Below are positions 1 through 7,785 of a stretch of 44,031 nucleotides of DNA, in pieces. Made by a program: the position numbers and the translations under genes. Numbering within the stretch: position 1 is the first letter of the stretch; every line of letters begins with the position of its first letter. Origin of the DNA: an uncultured Pseudomonadales bacterium (GTDB lineage: Bacteria > Pseudomonadota > Gammaproteobacteria > Pseudomonadales > Azotimanducaceae); NCBI GenBank assembly GCA_964647295.1, contig CAZYHH010000001.1:1-44031 (forward strand), read 5' to 3'. A model generated the notes under the pieces. The model saw only the letters and a list, made by a program, of their open reading frames with translations. It did no database searches and was not told the DNA's origin.

Positions 1-3
1 AAT

Positions 4-762
4 CTAAATGGTGGCGACCCCTCTATTATTAACCACCTCGCAGGAGCATTAGTTCGCGAAATCAATCGCAATCTCTACGCTCGCCCCATCAGTAATTAAA
101 ACCGCCAACGCGGAAAGAAAGGTGTCTCCAGCGCCAGATAAGTCTTGAGCAACTATCTTGTCGGGTGGGGGGTACATCTTCCCTGCGTACCAGCACCCCT
201 TACTCCCGTGTGTTACTATTATTTTCTCAGTATATCGGTCTGTGGTGGAGGGCCCGTGCCCCAGCGAAAGCCTGAGACCACGGTTTAATTCTAGCTCGTA
301 CTCATTAAGTTTTATGAACCTCAAATTATTGGGGAGATCGCATGTTAGCTTTCTTTTCGTGTCAAAAAAAACATTATCATGCTCTAGGCATATTTTTCTT
401 ATGGCTTGATCACATAAGAAGCCTTTATTATAATCTGATACTATAACTGCATCATATTCATCCCATGCAACCTTTTGAATATCGAAAGGGTCCGTTACCC
501 TGTCGTCTACGTCTACCCTTAATAATAATTGATTGGTCTTTCTGTCTACGTACCTTATTTATTCTATTAAGCTTTCGTTTGAAACGATGTCGCAGCGCAC
601 CCCTAGGGCTTCCACGTTAGCCTGTACATTTTTTGCCATGCCGCCATTTGAGGTTGCCCCCGTAGGTTGGAACACTGGAACCGGCCCCTCTGGGCAAAGT
701 CTTTCGCATGTGCCGTAAATAAATTTATCGGTACAACTGTCCCCTATCACTAGAAATTTCAT
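4..762 (-). pseudogene. RfaE/HldE-like heptose-7-phosphate kinase domain (PfkB family), interrupted by two in-frame TAA codons
   Basis: Track ORFs 559..762 and 49..324 share one frame. Manual translation is continuous apart from two stops: VIGDSCTD..RLCPEGPVPV..GGMAKNV..LIE*IRYVDRKTNQLLLRVD..AVIVSDYNKG..DLSGAGDTF..FAN*CSCEVVNNRGVATI-TAG. TAA at 559-561 and 49-51. Confidence 0.8.
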
Positions 763-1487
763 GCGTCAATGATTTTAAGGGTCTCTTTTGGTGAATTAAC
801 TTTATGGCACACTCCGTCTCCGGCATTTTTTATGTCTAGATAAATATCATAATCGTTCCCGCCCTTAGAACAGCTGTCTCCTAGGAAAATCATCTTACCT
901 CCGAGGTTTTTTCTTATCCATTTACTCGCTTGCGATTTATTGTGACCTTTCGGTTGTATATCTATACTTATCTGCCCGCCGATCCTGAAATCTAACTCTG
1001 GAAAACTCCTTTCTAATTGGCTTACTATGTTTTTTCTTTCTCCATTTTTGACGTCCCACTCATAGTATCTTTGCCTTTCTTCTGTGTTTGCGTTCCTGCC
1101 AATTGTGGTAAAGTTAAGCATCCCCGGTCTGAGCTCTATTATTTTTCCCCGACCACCGAGCTTCGGTCTTGTCGGAAACTTTGTGTACATTTGAAAACCG
1201 ATCAAGCACTCCGTCAGGTGGGGGTCGGGTGCCCATTCGTTTTCGTATATAAGGTTTTTACCGCTCCAAAATTGATTAGCCATGGAGCAGAACACCCCCT
1301 TGCACTCCGCTATTACCTCTGCTGGCACCTGCTCACTAACTTTTTCCAGATTACTGCCTGCAACTAAAAATACAGACTTATCCTTCATCCAGCTAAGGAA
1401 GGTCTTAGCGAACCCGCTGGACATCTTACTCCTAGGCTCTGTTAGTGTCCCGTCTATATCAAATAGGTAATGTATGGGACCTTTCAT
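759..1487 (-). CDS. HAD-family (eukaryotic/SEC53-type) phosphomannomutase
   Basis: LFDIDGTLT motif I; IELRPGMLNFTTIGRNA, GGQISIDI and FLGD..GGNDY motifs typical of HAD PMM. Confidence 0.85.
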   Translation of the reverse strand: MKGPIHYLFDIDGTLTEPRSKMSSGFAKTFLSWMKDKSVFLVAGSNLEKVSEQVPAEVIAECKGVFCSMANQFWSGKNLIYENEWAPDPHLTECLIGFQMYTKFPTRPKLGGRGKIIELRPGMLNFTTIGRNANTEERQRYYEWDVKNGERKNIVSQLERSFPELDFRIGGQISIDIQPKGHNKSQASKWIRKNLGGKMIFLGDSCSKGGNDYDIYLDIKNAGDGVCHKVNSPKETLKIIDA

Positions 1488-1900
1488 TCTTTAGCGTCCT
1501 TAATGTATTCCGATGATGATCTAATTTTCTCACCCAAGCTGTCGACCATCTCAATACCTAGCTCCCTACATATAAGTGATTCGGGGATCTCCTCTTGTAT
1601 TCTGTCTCCGCCGTTGGCAAAAATGTCTGGACTGCAGGCGGCTAAAGATTTACACACAGACGAGTCCTCATCTATCGATATGAAAGCTTGATCCACGCAC
1701 TGAAGGGACTCGATAATCTTGAGCCTGTCTTCTTGAGTCATAAAGGGTTTCCCCTTTTTTAGAGTCGCCTGTTTGTCGTTATTTACTATAACAACCAGCC
1801 TATCTCCTAACGCTTTCGACTTCTCTAGGTATTCTATGTGACCCACGTGAAGTGGGTCAAAGTACCCGCTCGCGGCGACGGTTATTAACTTTGCACTCAT
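1484..1900 (-). CDS. cytidylyltransferase-family nucleotidyltransferase (RfaE domain II/TagD-like)
   Basis: SGYFDPLHVGH (HxGH), LVVIVNND, ANGGDR, C-terminal SSS. Confidence 0.85.
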   Translation of the reverse strand: MSAKLITVAASGYFDPLHVGHIEYLEKSKALGDRLVVIVNNDKQATLKKGKPFMTQEDRLKIIESLQCVDQAFISIDEDSSVCKSLAACSPDIFANGGDRIQEEIPESLICRELGIEMVDSLGEKIRSSSEYIKDAKE

Positions 1901-1907
1901 ATATAAC

Positions 1908-2078
1908 TTATCTCCAGATGTCCGGGTTTTCCTCTCTTTTTCTTCTCATGTAATCTCTTTTTTGTTTTCTTCTTTTTTCTCTATGTCTTTCGTCGTAGCT
2001 CTTACCAGCTTTCTTTGAGGCTTTTTTGCCTTTTTTTGTTTTCTGGTACCGTCTTTGTCTCTTATAGTTGTTTTCCAT
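1908..2078 (-). CDS. small highly basic protein, 56 aa (not in ORF track)
   Basis: Manual translation MENNYKRQRRYQKTKKGKKASKKAGKSYDERHREKRRKQKRDYMRRKREENPDIWR; fills the gap in a co-oriented run and ends 7 nt before the next ATG. Confidence 0.65.
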   Translation of the reverse strand: MENNYKRQRRYQKTKKGKKASKKAGKSYDERHREKRRKQKRDYMRRKREENPDIWR

Positions 2079-2153
2079 GTATATCGTCCACCTTAGGCTT
2101 TGGTTTGCTTTTCGGTTTAAAATTTGTTTTTTTTATTTTTATTCATATATGTA

Positions 2154-2230
2154 TGGTACTCTGGGTGGGGCTCGAACCCACAACCCTCTGCTTAGAAGGC
2201 AGATGCTCTATCCAATTGAGCTACCAAAGC
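2154..2230 (-). tRNA. tRNA-Arg (anticodon TCT) with encoded CCA
   Basis: Reverse complement GCTTTGGTAGCTCAATTGGATAGAGCATCTGCCTTCTAAGCAGAGGGTTGTGGGTTCGAGCCCCACCCAGAGTACCA gives a full cloverleaf. Confidence 0.97.
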
Positions 2231-2231
2231 T

Positions 2232-3074
2232 TTAAAGAACTGCTCTACCTTTGTCATTTTCCCAATCTTTTTCTGGCCTGTCGACTTGAATGTTTCTAGC
2301 CTTCGCCGCTTCCACTAGGTAACTCTCTTGACCGCATTGGGTCATTTGATCTAGCAAGGAGGCTGTGTCCTTGGGGAAACAAGTACCGCCGAAGCCTTTC
2401 TTTCCATCTGGCCCGGGCACGGAGGTGTGGTTTATCCCAACCCTCTCGTCTCTGCAGGCAAGCTCTCTCACTTTTCTGTAATTAATATCATTTATTTCAC
2501 AAAATTCATACACCTCATTAAAGAATGAGACCTTAACTGCAAGAAAGCAGTTGCGCGTATATTTTGTCAGTTCCGCCTCTTCGGTTGTAGAGAATGTCAT
2601 CCTAGGCCGATTCTTAAGTGCTCCGTGGTTCCATGCCGACTCAAACAATTTGTAAACTTCGTCTCTTATCTTATCGTTTCTAGTGTTTGTTCCGAGTATC
2701 CAGTCTTCTTCTTCGGTAAAGTCTTTACGCCAAGATCTTTCCGTTAAAAACTCTGGCATAAACATAACGTTCAGTCTCCTGCAAGTGCCTACGGGGACTG
2801 TGGATTTCACAATCACCCTCCCCTTATCGTAGCCAGCTTCGTGTAATTCATTTACTACCCCATCTACTATAGACGTCGAACAGCTTCCGTCTTGGTTCAT
2901 TGGGGTGGGGACCGCTACGAAAATGAAATCACACGGCATAAGGTCTTTTACGGTTATTCCTAGGGGCTTACATTTTTTGGGGTCTTTGTCGTAAATGTAA
3001 AAAGGGACACCCTCGTGCTCGAGGAGCGATGTGGCTCCACCTACGTACCCATTACCTATCACTCCTACCTGCAT
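2232..3074 (-). CDS. UDP-glucose/GDP-mannose 6-dehydrogenase family (short form)
   Basis: GNGYVG Rossmann motif, VPTP, KSTVPVG, PEFL, GFGGTCFPKD with catalytic Cys. Confidence 0.88.
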   Translation of the reverse strand: MQVGVIGNGYVGGATSLLEHEGVPFYIYDKDPKKCKPLGITVKDLMPCDFIFVAVPTPMNQDGSCSTSIVDGVVNELHEAGYDKGRVIVKSTVPVGTCRRLNVMFMPEFLTERSWRKDFTEEEDWILGTNTRNDKIRDEVYKLFESAWNHGALKNRPRMTFSTTEEAELTKYTRNCFLAVKVSFFNEVYEFCEINDINYRKVRELACRDERVGINHTSVPGPDGKKGFGGTCFPKDTASLLDQMTQCGQESYLVEAAKARNIQVDRPEKDWENDKGRAVL

Positions 3075-3081
3075 ACAATAT

Positions 3082-3110
3082 ATATTAACTGGAAGGCAGC
3101 GTTATATCAA
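3082..3110 (-). promoter_or_regulatory. sigma70-type promoter
   Basis: TTGATA-N17-TAATAT, ATG 7 nt downstream. Confidence 0.6.
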
Positions 3111-3111
3111 T

Positions 3112-3161
3112 AAAAAAAACCCCGCCATGACCGTCCGAATTTAATCGCAATCATGACGGGG
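3112..3161 (-). terminator. intrinsic terminator with 20-nt loop
   Basis: CCCCGTCATGA/TCATGGCGGGG stem followed by T8. Confidence 0.75.
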
Positions 3162-3180
3162 GAACCTAGAGAAGATATTA

Positions 3181-3390
3181 CTACTCTGTGGTTTGTTCCT
3201 CCCCGAGGGGAGATTCATCGGCCTCCACCTTAGCCCCTTGAATTTGATCAAGCTGCAGCTGAGTCGATTTGTTCATGCCTACTAGCACATACCCAGTAAG
3301 GGCGAAGTTAATGGCTAAAAGCAGGACCGCAATCCTAGCGTAAGCCGTTTTAACTGTCATTACCTTACTATCTTTATTTGTTTCTGTCAT
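3181..3390 (-). CDS. small single-TM membrane protein
   Basis: Hydrophobic segment IAVLLLAINFALTGYVLVG; start moved to the ATG at 3390 following the promoter. Confidence 0.65.
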   Translation of the reverse strand: MTETNKDSKVMTVKTAYARIAVLLLAINFALTGYVLVGMNKSTQLQLDQIQGAKVEADESPLGEEQTTE

Positions 3391-3398
3391 AAGTCTTA

Positions 3399-3427
3399 AC
3401 CTTAGCACATAGTTACTGGGGTGTCAA
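3399..3427 (-). promoter_or_regulatory. sigma70-type promoter, extended -10
   Basis: TTGACA-N17-TAAGGT with TGn; ATG 8 nt downstream. Confidence 0.65.
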
Positions 3428-3430
3428 ATT

Positions 3431-3471
3431 AAAAATAGCCCGCACACGCACGCCGACGATACGGGCTATTT
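3431..3471 (-). terminator. intrinsic terminator downstream of hsp20
   Basis: AAATAGCCCGTA/TGCGGGCTATTT stem, 15-nt loop, T-tract. Confidence 0.7.
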
Positions 3472-3533
3472 ATAGATCGGGACTTCTCCCAAAGTCCACG
3501 CGCTACTATAACGCAGCAATAATATCGACGAAA

Positions 3534-3866
3534 CTATTTAATTTTTAATTCAAAAGATTTCGCAGATTGTTTTTTATTTATTTTGATGTTCAACAAGCCA
3601 TTTTCATACGCCACAGATGCGGTTTTTATATCCGCCTTCTTGGGTAAAAGTAGACTTCTTGAGTATACCCCTCCTTCCTGCTTTGCACTAACCTTAAGAA
3701 TGTTATTATCAACAGTAAGGGTAATGTCCTCTTTCTTAAAGCCAGCTAGGTTAAAATCTACCTCGTAATGGGTCTCATGCTCGTCCCAGTGTGAATCAAT
3801 TCTTGATTCGTAAGGGTAAACAAAAAAGTCATCTAGTAGTCTGTTCATATTTAATAATGTATTCAT
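3534..3866 (-). CDS. small heat-shock protein (Hsp20/alpha-crystallin)
   Basis: LAGFKKEDITL, YSRSLLLP, AYENGLLNI motifs; ATG at 3866 preferred over TTG at 3872. Confidence 0.92.
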   Translation of the reverse strand: MNTLLNMNRLLDDFFVYPYESRIDSHWDEHETHYEVDFNLAGFKKEDITLTVDNNILKVSAKQEGGVYSRSLLLPKKADIKTASVAYENGLLNIKINKKQSAKSFELKIK

Positions 3867-3879
3867 ATACAAATACTAA

Positions 3880-3895
3880 AGCATGGATCGTGCCA
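3880..3895 (-). promoter_or_regulatory. sigma54 (RpoN)-type -24/-12 promoter of hsp20
   Basis: TGGCACGATCCATGCT = GG-N10-GC, close to consensus TGGCACG-N4-TTGCW. Confidence 0.7.
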
Positions 3896-3897
3896 AT

Positions 3898-3923
3898 AAA
3901 AAAACCCCCCAAAAAGGGGGGTT
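3898..3923 (-). terminator. intrinsic terminator
   Basis: AACCCCCC/GGGGGGTT stem running into a T-tract. Confidence 0.75.
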
Positions 3924-3935
3924 AACTATATCTAT

Positions 3936-3950
3936 GAGCCAAGATGACTC
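3936..3950. promoter_or_regulatory. imperfect inverted repeat, candidate activator (bEBP) site
   Basis: GAGCCA-aga-TGACTC about 40 bp upstream of the -24 element. Confidence 0.35.
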
Positions 3951-3977
3951 TGGTATCCGGTGGTGTTTAGTGTGACA

Positions 3978-4142
3978 TTATTTCTCTTGTATCTCTAGGT
4001 CTTCTCCGTCTTGCTTTTTCTTTTTGACTAATTCTTCAGCCTGTCTTTTCCCCTCTGATGTATAAGGAAAGGCTCCGTATTTATAGCCCCTGTCCTTTGA
4101 TACTACGAGGTAAAATTTTTTCTGTCTAGGCTTTCTTGGCAT
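3978..4142 (-). CDS. hypothetical protein, 54 aa (not in ORF track)
   Basis: MPRKPRQKKFYLVVSKDRGYKYGAFPYTSEGKRQAEELVKKKKQDGEDLEIQEK; overlaps the upstream gene end and precedes a terminator. Confidence 0.65.
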   Translation of the reverse strand: MPRKPRQKKFYLVVSKDRGYKYGAFPYTSEGKRQAEELVKKKKQDGEDLEIQEK

Positions 4143-4404
4143 ATTGATTACTTATATAATCAATTTTCTCTGCCATTTTTTCTAATTTTTTCGAATCCGA
4201 ATCGCTACCTCTTAGTAGGTTTTTAAAGGACTCTTCTAGGAGATTAAATCTTTGTTCTGAAAAGTGCTCTAGGTTCCGGGTGTTTTTTTCTATCAAATCT
4301 AGGTGGGTTTCTATAATGGATCGATTGATCTTTATTCGTTTTATAAGTTGCTTTAGGTCTCGCTCGAGTACTGCCGCCTCTTTCTTGGGGATGTTTGTGT
4401 TCAT
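4126..4404 (-). CDS. hypothetical coiled-coil protein
   Basis: ORF in co-oriented run with heptad-like composition. Confidence 0.65.
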   Translation of the reverse strand: MNTNIPKKEAAVLERDLKQLIKRIKINRSIIETHLDLIEKNTRNLEHFSEQRFNLLEESFKNLLRGSDSDSKKLEKMAEKIDYISNQYAKKA

Positions 4405-4413
4405 GGTTGATGA

Positions 4414-4755
4414 TTAATTACAGAGCTCTCCTAGCACCTCGTGTAAATCAATCTTTTTGAAAATTTCTTCCCCCATCTCATCTATCATCTGATCCAGCTT
4501 AAAGCCTTCTGCGTGAGCCCACACCCATTTACTTAAATTTATAGAATACGCCACACAAAATTCCTGTAATGTCTTTGACACGTTCTGGTTTGATATATCT
4601 ACAGACAGCACGCCGACGATAACTGCTCTATTTTTTTTCTCGTTCGCTACTATGGCCGAGTTTCCTTCTTCTGATGGGTTGGCTACTATGTAACACTTTG
4701 CGTCTGCTGCTTCTTGTAATATTTTATCTACTTCTCGTTCTAGGGTAATGTTCAT
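4414..4755 (-). CDS. hypothetical protein
   Basis: 113-aa ORF preceded by a GTGTAATTAT motif at 4761-4770. Confidence 0.7.
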   Translation of the reverse strand: MNITLEREVDKILQEAADAKCYIVANPSEEGNSAIVANEKKNRAVIVGVLSVDISNQNVSKTLQEFCVAYSINLSKWVWAHAEGFKLDQMIDEMGEEIFKKIDLHEVLGELCN

Positions 4756-4764
4756 TACCCATAA

Positions 4765-5613
4765 TTACACAATTATAACCTCCGCGTTTGAAGTATCGAT
4801 AGATTTGCCACCCCTATGAACTGAAAAAGATCGATTGCTTTTCTTATCGCTTTCTGGAGGCAGAGTGGGGTACCTAGAGGTTGAGTCACTTATTGACTGC
4901 CCCTTCTTATTTTTGATGAAGGCGTCAGCTTTCATGTCCCCCGAGAACTCTCTTTCTCTAACCCATTTCGTGCACCCCCACTTCTCTCCCTTCGTTGGTG
5001 GCTTACCCCAGTGAAGACTCGGGTGGAACACTTGTCCGTTAATCATATTCTGCCATATGGCAACCCTGCCCATTTTGGGGGAAACTTTTACATCAAGCCT
5101 TGGCCAAAACGTATCCCCTCCTTCCTCTACATCGTTTAGGTAAAAGTAAACAGTCCACAACCTTTGACCTCCCTCAGCCATGCATTTTTGATATTCTTTA
5201 TGGTTCTCGTGAAAAAAATCGTGGTGGGGTTCGTACTGCTCTCCCTCTAAGTATCTTAAGACTTGTAGCCCCTCTTGGTTTTCTATGGGTTGTTCTGTGA
5301 AAGACTCTGTGATCTTTTCTATCTTATGAAGTGTCTTAAAGGTGTCGCTGTCAGCGTCTAGGTCTTTAGCTAGTAGCCATGCATTCTGACTTGTCCTCCC
5401 TTTATTAAGGCGGGAATCTTCTTCCGACTCCCCCTTTAGGACTGTAGATCTAGAAAGGCCGCCGCGTGAAGCGTTAATTATGTCTTGACACTCTTTTTCG
5501 GAGAGAACATTGTCCGCGAACCACACCCCGGTGGTTACGCGCTCCACACCTACCGAGGAAAGCCTAGCTGGAAGGGGTATTGTTGGGGCTGCTTCGAGTA
5601 TTGAGTCATCCAT
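4765..5613 (-). CDS. prolyl 4-hydroxylase-like 2OG-Fe(II) oxygenase
   Basis: RTS..AWL, EGLQVLRY, PHHDFF (HxD), GGQRLWT, YLNDVEEGGDT, SLHWG..GEKW; ATG at 5613 chosen from promoter position. Confidence 0.88.
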   Translation of the reverse strand: MDDSILEAAPTIPLPARLSSVGVERVTTGVWFADNVLSEKECQDIINASRGGLSRSTVLKGESEEDSRLNKGRTSQNAWLLAKDLDADSDTFKTLHKIEKITESFTEQPIENQEGLQVLRYLEGEQYEPHHDFFHENHKEYQKCMAEGGQRLWTVYFYLNDVEEGGDTFWPRLDVKVSPKMGRVAIWQNMINGQVFHPSLHWGKPPTKGEKWGCTKWVREREFSGDMKADAFIKNKKGQSISDSTSRYPTLPPESDKKSNRSFSVHRGGKSIDTSNAEVIIV

Positions 5614-5618
5614 GCTAC

Positions 5619-5647
5619 AATATAGCAATGTGACCCTTTTTTAACAA
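5619..5647 (-). promoter_or_regulatory. sigma70-type promoter, extended -10
   Basis: TTGTTA-N17-TATATT with TGn; ATG 5 nt downstream. Confidence 0.5.
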
Positions 5648-5655
5648 TATAATTT

Positions 5656-5850
5656 TTATTCTTCATTCTGCACGATTTCGCAGACTATTTCGTCGCCCTC
5701 TCTTATAAATCCTTCGTCAAATAAGTAGGTTACTATAATTGTTGCTTCATCCTCTGATATATCGCCGTCCCCTTCTAGTATCATGATTCTTTTTTCATTA
5801 ACTATACAGACCTCTACTCCTCTAACCATTAAATTTTCAGAGTTTTCCAC
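5656..5850 (-). CDS. small acidic hypothetical protein
   Basis: GTG start just after GTGTAAATATAT; ends ..YLFDEGFI.. Confidence 0.65.
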   Translation of the reverse strand: MENSENLMVRGVEVCIVNEKRIMILEGDGDISEDEATIIVTYLFDEGFIREGDEIVCEIVQNEE

Positions 5851-5857
5851 GCATATA

Positions 5858-5876
5858 TTTACACCGAAAGTGTAAA
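5858..5876. promoter_or_regulatory. palindromic TTTACAC-N5-GTGTAAA element between divergent genes
   Basis: Perfect 7-bp inverted repeat; same geometry recurs at 21532-21548. Confidence 0.6.
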
Positions 5877-5904
5877 CAAGGGCACACGGAGGGAGGGAAA
5901 ACTG

Positions 5905-6876
5905 TTGGGTTTATTTACAACGGACAAAAAAAAATTAGAAGACTTTGCTGCGGTTACTTGTTTCTTTAATTTTTCTAAAAGCAAGCACCGTGAAAGTGCG
6001 TACACTAAGTTTGCAAAAAATATTAAAAAGCAAGGTGTCGAGCTATACTCTATAGAATTAATTTACCAAGATCGCAAACCGTTCACGAGAGAAAGTGATC
6101 ACTCTTTTCATATGCGTACAGACTCGGTCCTCTGGAGTAAGGAAAATCTCTTAAATATATTAATTAAAAAACTACCCGAAAGAATCAAAAAAATTGCTTG
6201 GGTAGACGCTGACATTATATTTGATAATAACAACTGGGCAGAGGAGGCGTCCTTGGTTCTCGACAAGAATCCGGTTATTCAGTTAGCCTCCTTGATAGAG
6301 AGGTCAAATAAGTTAGGGCAGATTCAATCTTTTCGAGCCTCCATTGCTTTAGGTTATGCTAGGAATCATAACCAAATGATGAGAACGCCCACCGACCCTT
6401 ACGGGTGGGCGACAACTAAATCCACGGGAACACCTGCGAACGCTTACGATCCGGGGTTTGCTTGGGCTGCTACTAGAGAATTCCTAACTAAGATTGGGCT
6501 GTTTCAATACGATATTGTTGGCGGCGGTGACGCTACTATCTTTTTTTCTTGTGTCTCTGAAAATGTTATGTTCGCCAGCCCCACTCATGAGGAGCGAATA
6601 CATAACCATCACCCCTCCCACTACGAACTGATTAACGAGTACAACGTGAAGGCCTTTTCTTTTGTGAAGGGACACGTGGGGTATATATCTGGGGTTATAA
6701 CTCATATATGGCATGGCGATGGGAAGGGGCCTCTTTATAAATCTAGGCACCAGATTACTAGGTCTGTTAATTTCCATGAAGATCTAGAAAAAAACGACGA
6801 GGGCTTGTTAGTCTGGAAAAATAGGGAGCATGAGCAAAAATTTAAAGATTTAATTATTAAACAAGATTCAGTATAA
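5905..6876 (+). CDS. putative GT-A fold glycosyltransferase
   Basis: WSKENLLN, AWVDADIIF (DxD), GGGD, HIWHG; start uncertain (TTG). Confidence 0.6.
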   Translation: MGLFTTDKKKLEDFAAVTCFFNFSKSKHRESAYTKFAKNIKKQGVELYSIELIYQDRKPFTRESDHSFHMRTDSVLWSKENLLNILIKKLPERIKKIAWVDADIIFDNNNWAEEASLVLDKNPVIQLASLIERSNKLGQIQSFRASIALGYARNHNQMMRTPTDPYGWATTKSTGTPANAYDPGFAWAATREFLTKIGLFQYDIVGGGDATIFFSCVSENVMFASPTHEERIHNHHPSHYELINEYNVKAFSFVKGHVGYISGVITHIWHGDGKGPLYKSRHQITRSVNFHEDLEKNDEGLLVWKNREHEQKFKDLIIKQDSV

Positions 6877-6882
6877 TAAATA

Positions 6883-7221
6883 ATGCCATTAATATTATCT
6901 TCAGATTTAGTAGGCGACCCACCAAGTCAGAATCTAGCAATTAGGTATGTGACTCTCGAGGCTAAGACTGGATTGCTAATGGGGGTCGTTCTGGAAGTAG
7001 AGCAGGACTATAAAGATATATATTTTAAGTATACCAGAAGGGTTGGCTTGATGGATTTCATTGACGAATACGTTACCCCTGAGGAGAAAGTGGATGGAAT
7101 AAGGATAGATTCTAAGCTGGAATACCCTAGGACAATTCAAGTTTCTTCAATAAATTTCGAAAATACTTTAAATATACTAGGCCAGTTGAAAAACTTAACA
7201 AAAATTAACGAGATATTGTAG
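6883..7221 (+). CDS. hypothetical protein
   Basis: 112-aa ORF in co-oriented run. Confidence 0.7.
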   Translation: MPLILSSDLVGDPPSQNLAIRYVTLEAKTGLLMGVVLEVEQDYKDIYFKYTRRVGLMDFIDEYVTPEEKVDGIRIDSKLEYPRTIQVSSINFENTLNILGQLKNLTKINEIL

Positions 7222-7257
7222 ATTTTATCTATACAAAACGTCTATAATAGTCGAGGC

Positions 7258-7785
7258 ATGAAGAAGTTTTCAGACAAACTGCGCCACCCTATGTGGCTCG
7301 CGGCCATAATGCTATTTACTATTTATCTTTTTATAGGTAAAGATTATCGCTTTACGTATAACCATGGGGAAAGCATGAGGCCTACTTATCAGGACGGGGA
7401 GTGGCTGGTGGTCCAGCATAAATCAACCCTGCCAGACGACTGGGGCCCCGACAGGTATGATAATGTAATCGTAGATACCGATGGAGAAAGGCTAAGCAAG
7501 AGGGTGATAGCTTTGGAGGGGGAGCACGTAAAGATACTTCACGGGAAAATATTTATAAACGGTAAAGAAAGGAAAGACCCCTATGGAAAGGGGAGTGTTA
7601 TATACTGGCTAGAGCCAGAAGAAGAAAGAGCCAAGAAGCCCGAGGAGGAATGGTTATTTTTAAATACGGATGAAGATATCGGACTAGTAGGTAAAGGAGA
7701 AGTTTTTGTTATGGGGGATAACCGAAAACTCTCTTGGTACGGAAAGGTAAAGGTTAAGGACATTAAGGGGTTAGTTATTTTCTAG
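7258..7785 (+). CDS. lepB: signal peptidase I (S26)
   Basis: N-terminal TM; GESMRPT (Ser), KRVIALEG (Lys), FVMGDNR. Confidence 0.9.
   Translation: MKKFSDKLRHPMWLAAIMLFTIYLFIGKDYRFTYNHGESMRPTYQDGEWLVVQHKSTLPDDWGPDRYDNVIVDTDGERLSKRVIALEGEHVKILHGKIFINGKERKDPYGKGSVIYWLEPEEERAKKPEEEWLFLNTDEDIGLVGKGEVFVMGDNRKLSWYGKVKVKDIKGLVIF

Noticed and set aside
4-762. Genome-wide stop-codon reassignment suggested by the in-frame TAA codons
   Set aside because: TAA, TAG and TGA all end well-conserved genes at expected positions (nrdA TAA, nrdB TAG, recA-like TGA), and other genes are uninterrupted.
2063-2146. Possible frameshifted mini-ORF (MNKNKK.. / ..FKPKSKPKPKVDDIHGKQL) across an A-run after the tRNA
   Set aside because: Only 9 codons as read; a frameshift or homopolymer error cannot be supported from one sequence.
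2015-2299. Plus-strand 94-aa ORF
   Set aside because: Antisense shadow of the tRNA and of the basic ORF.
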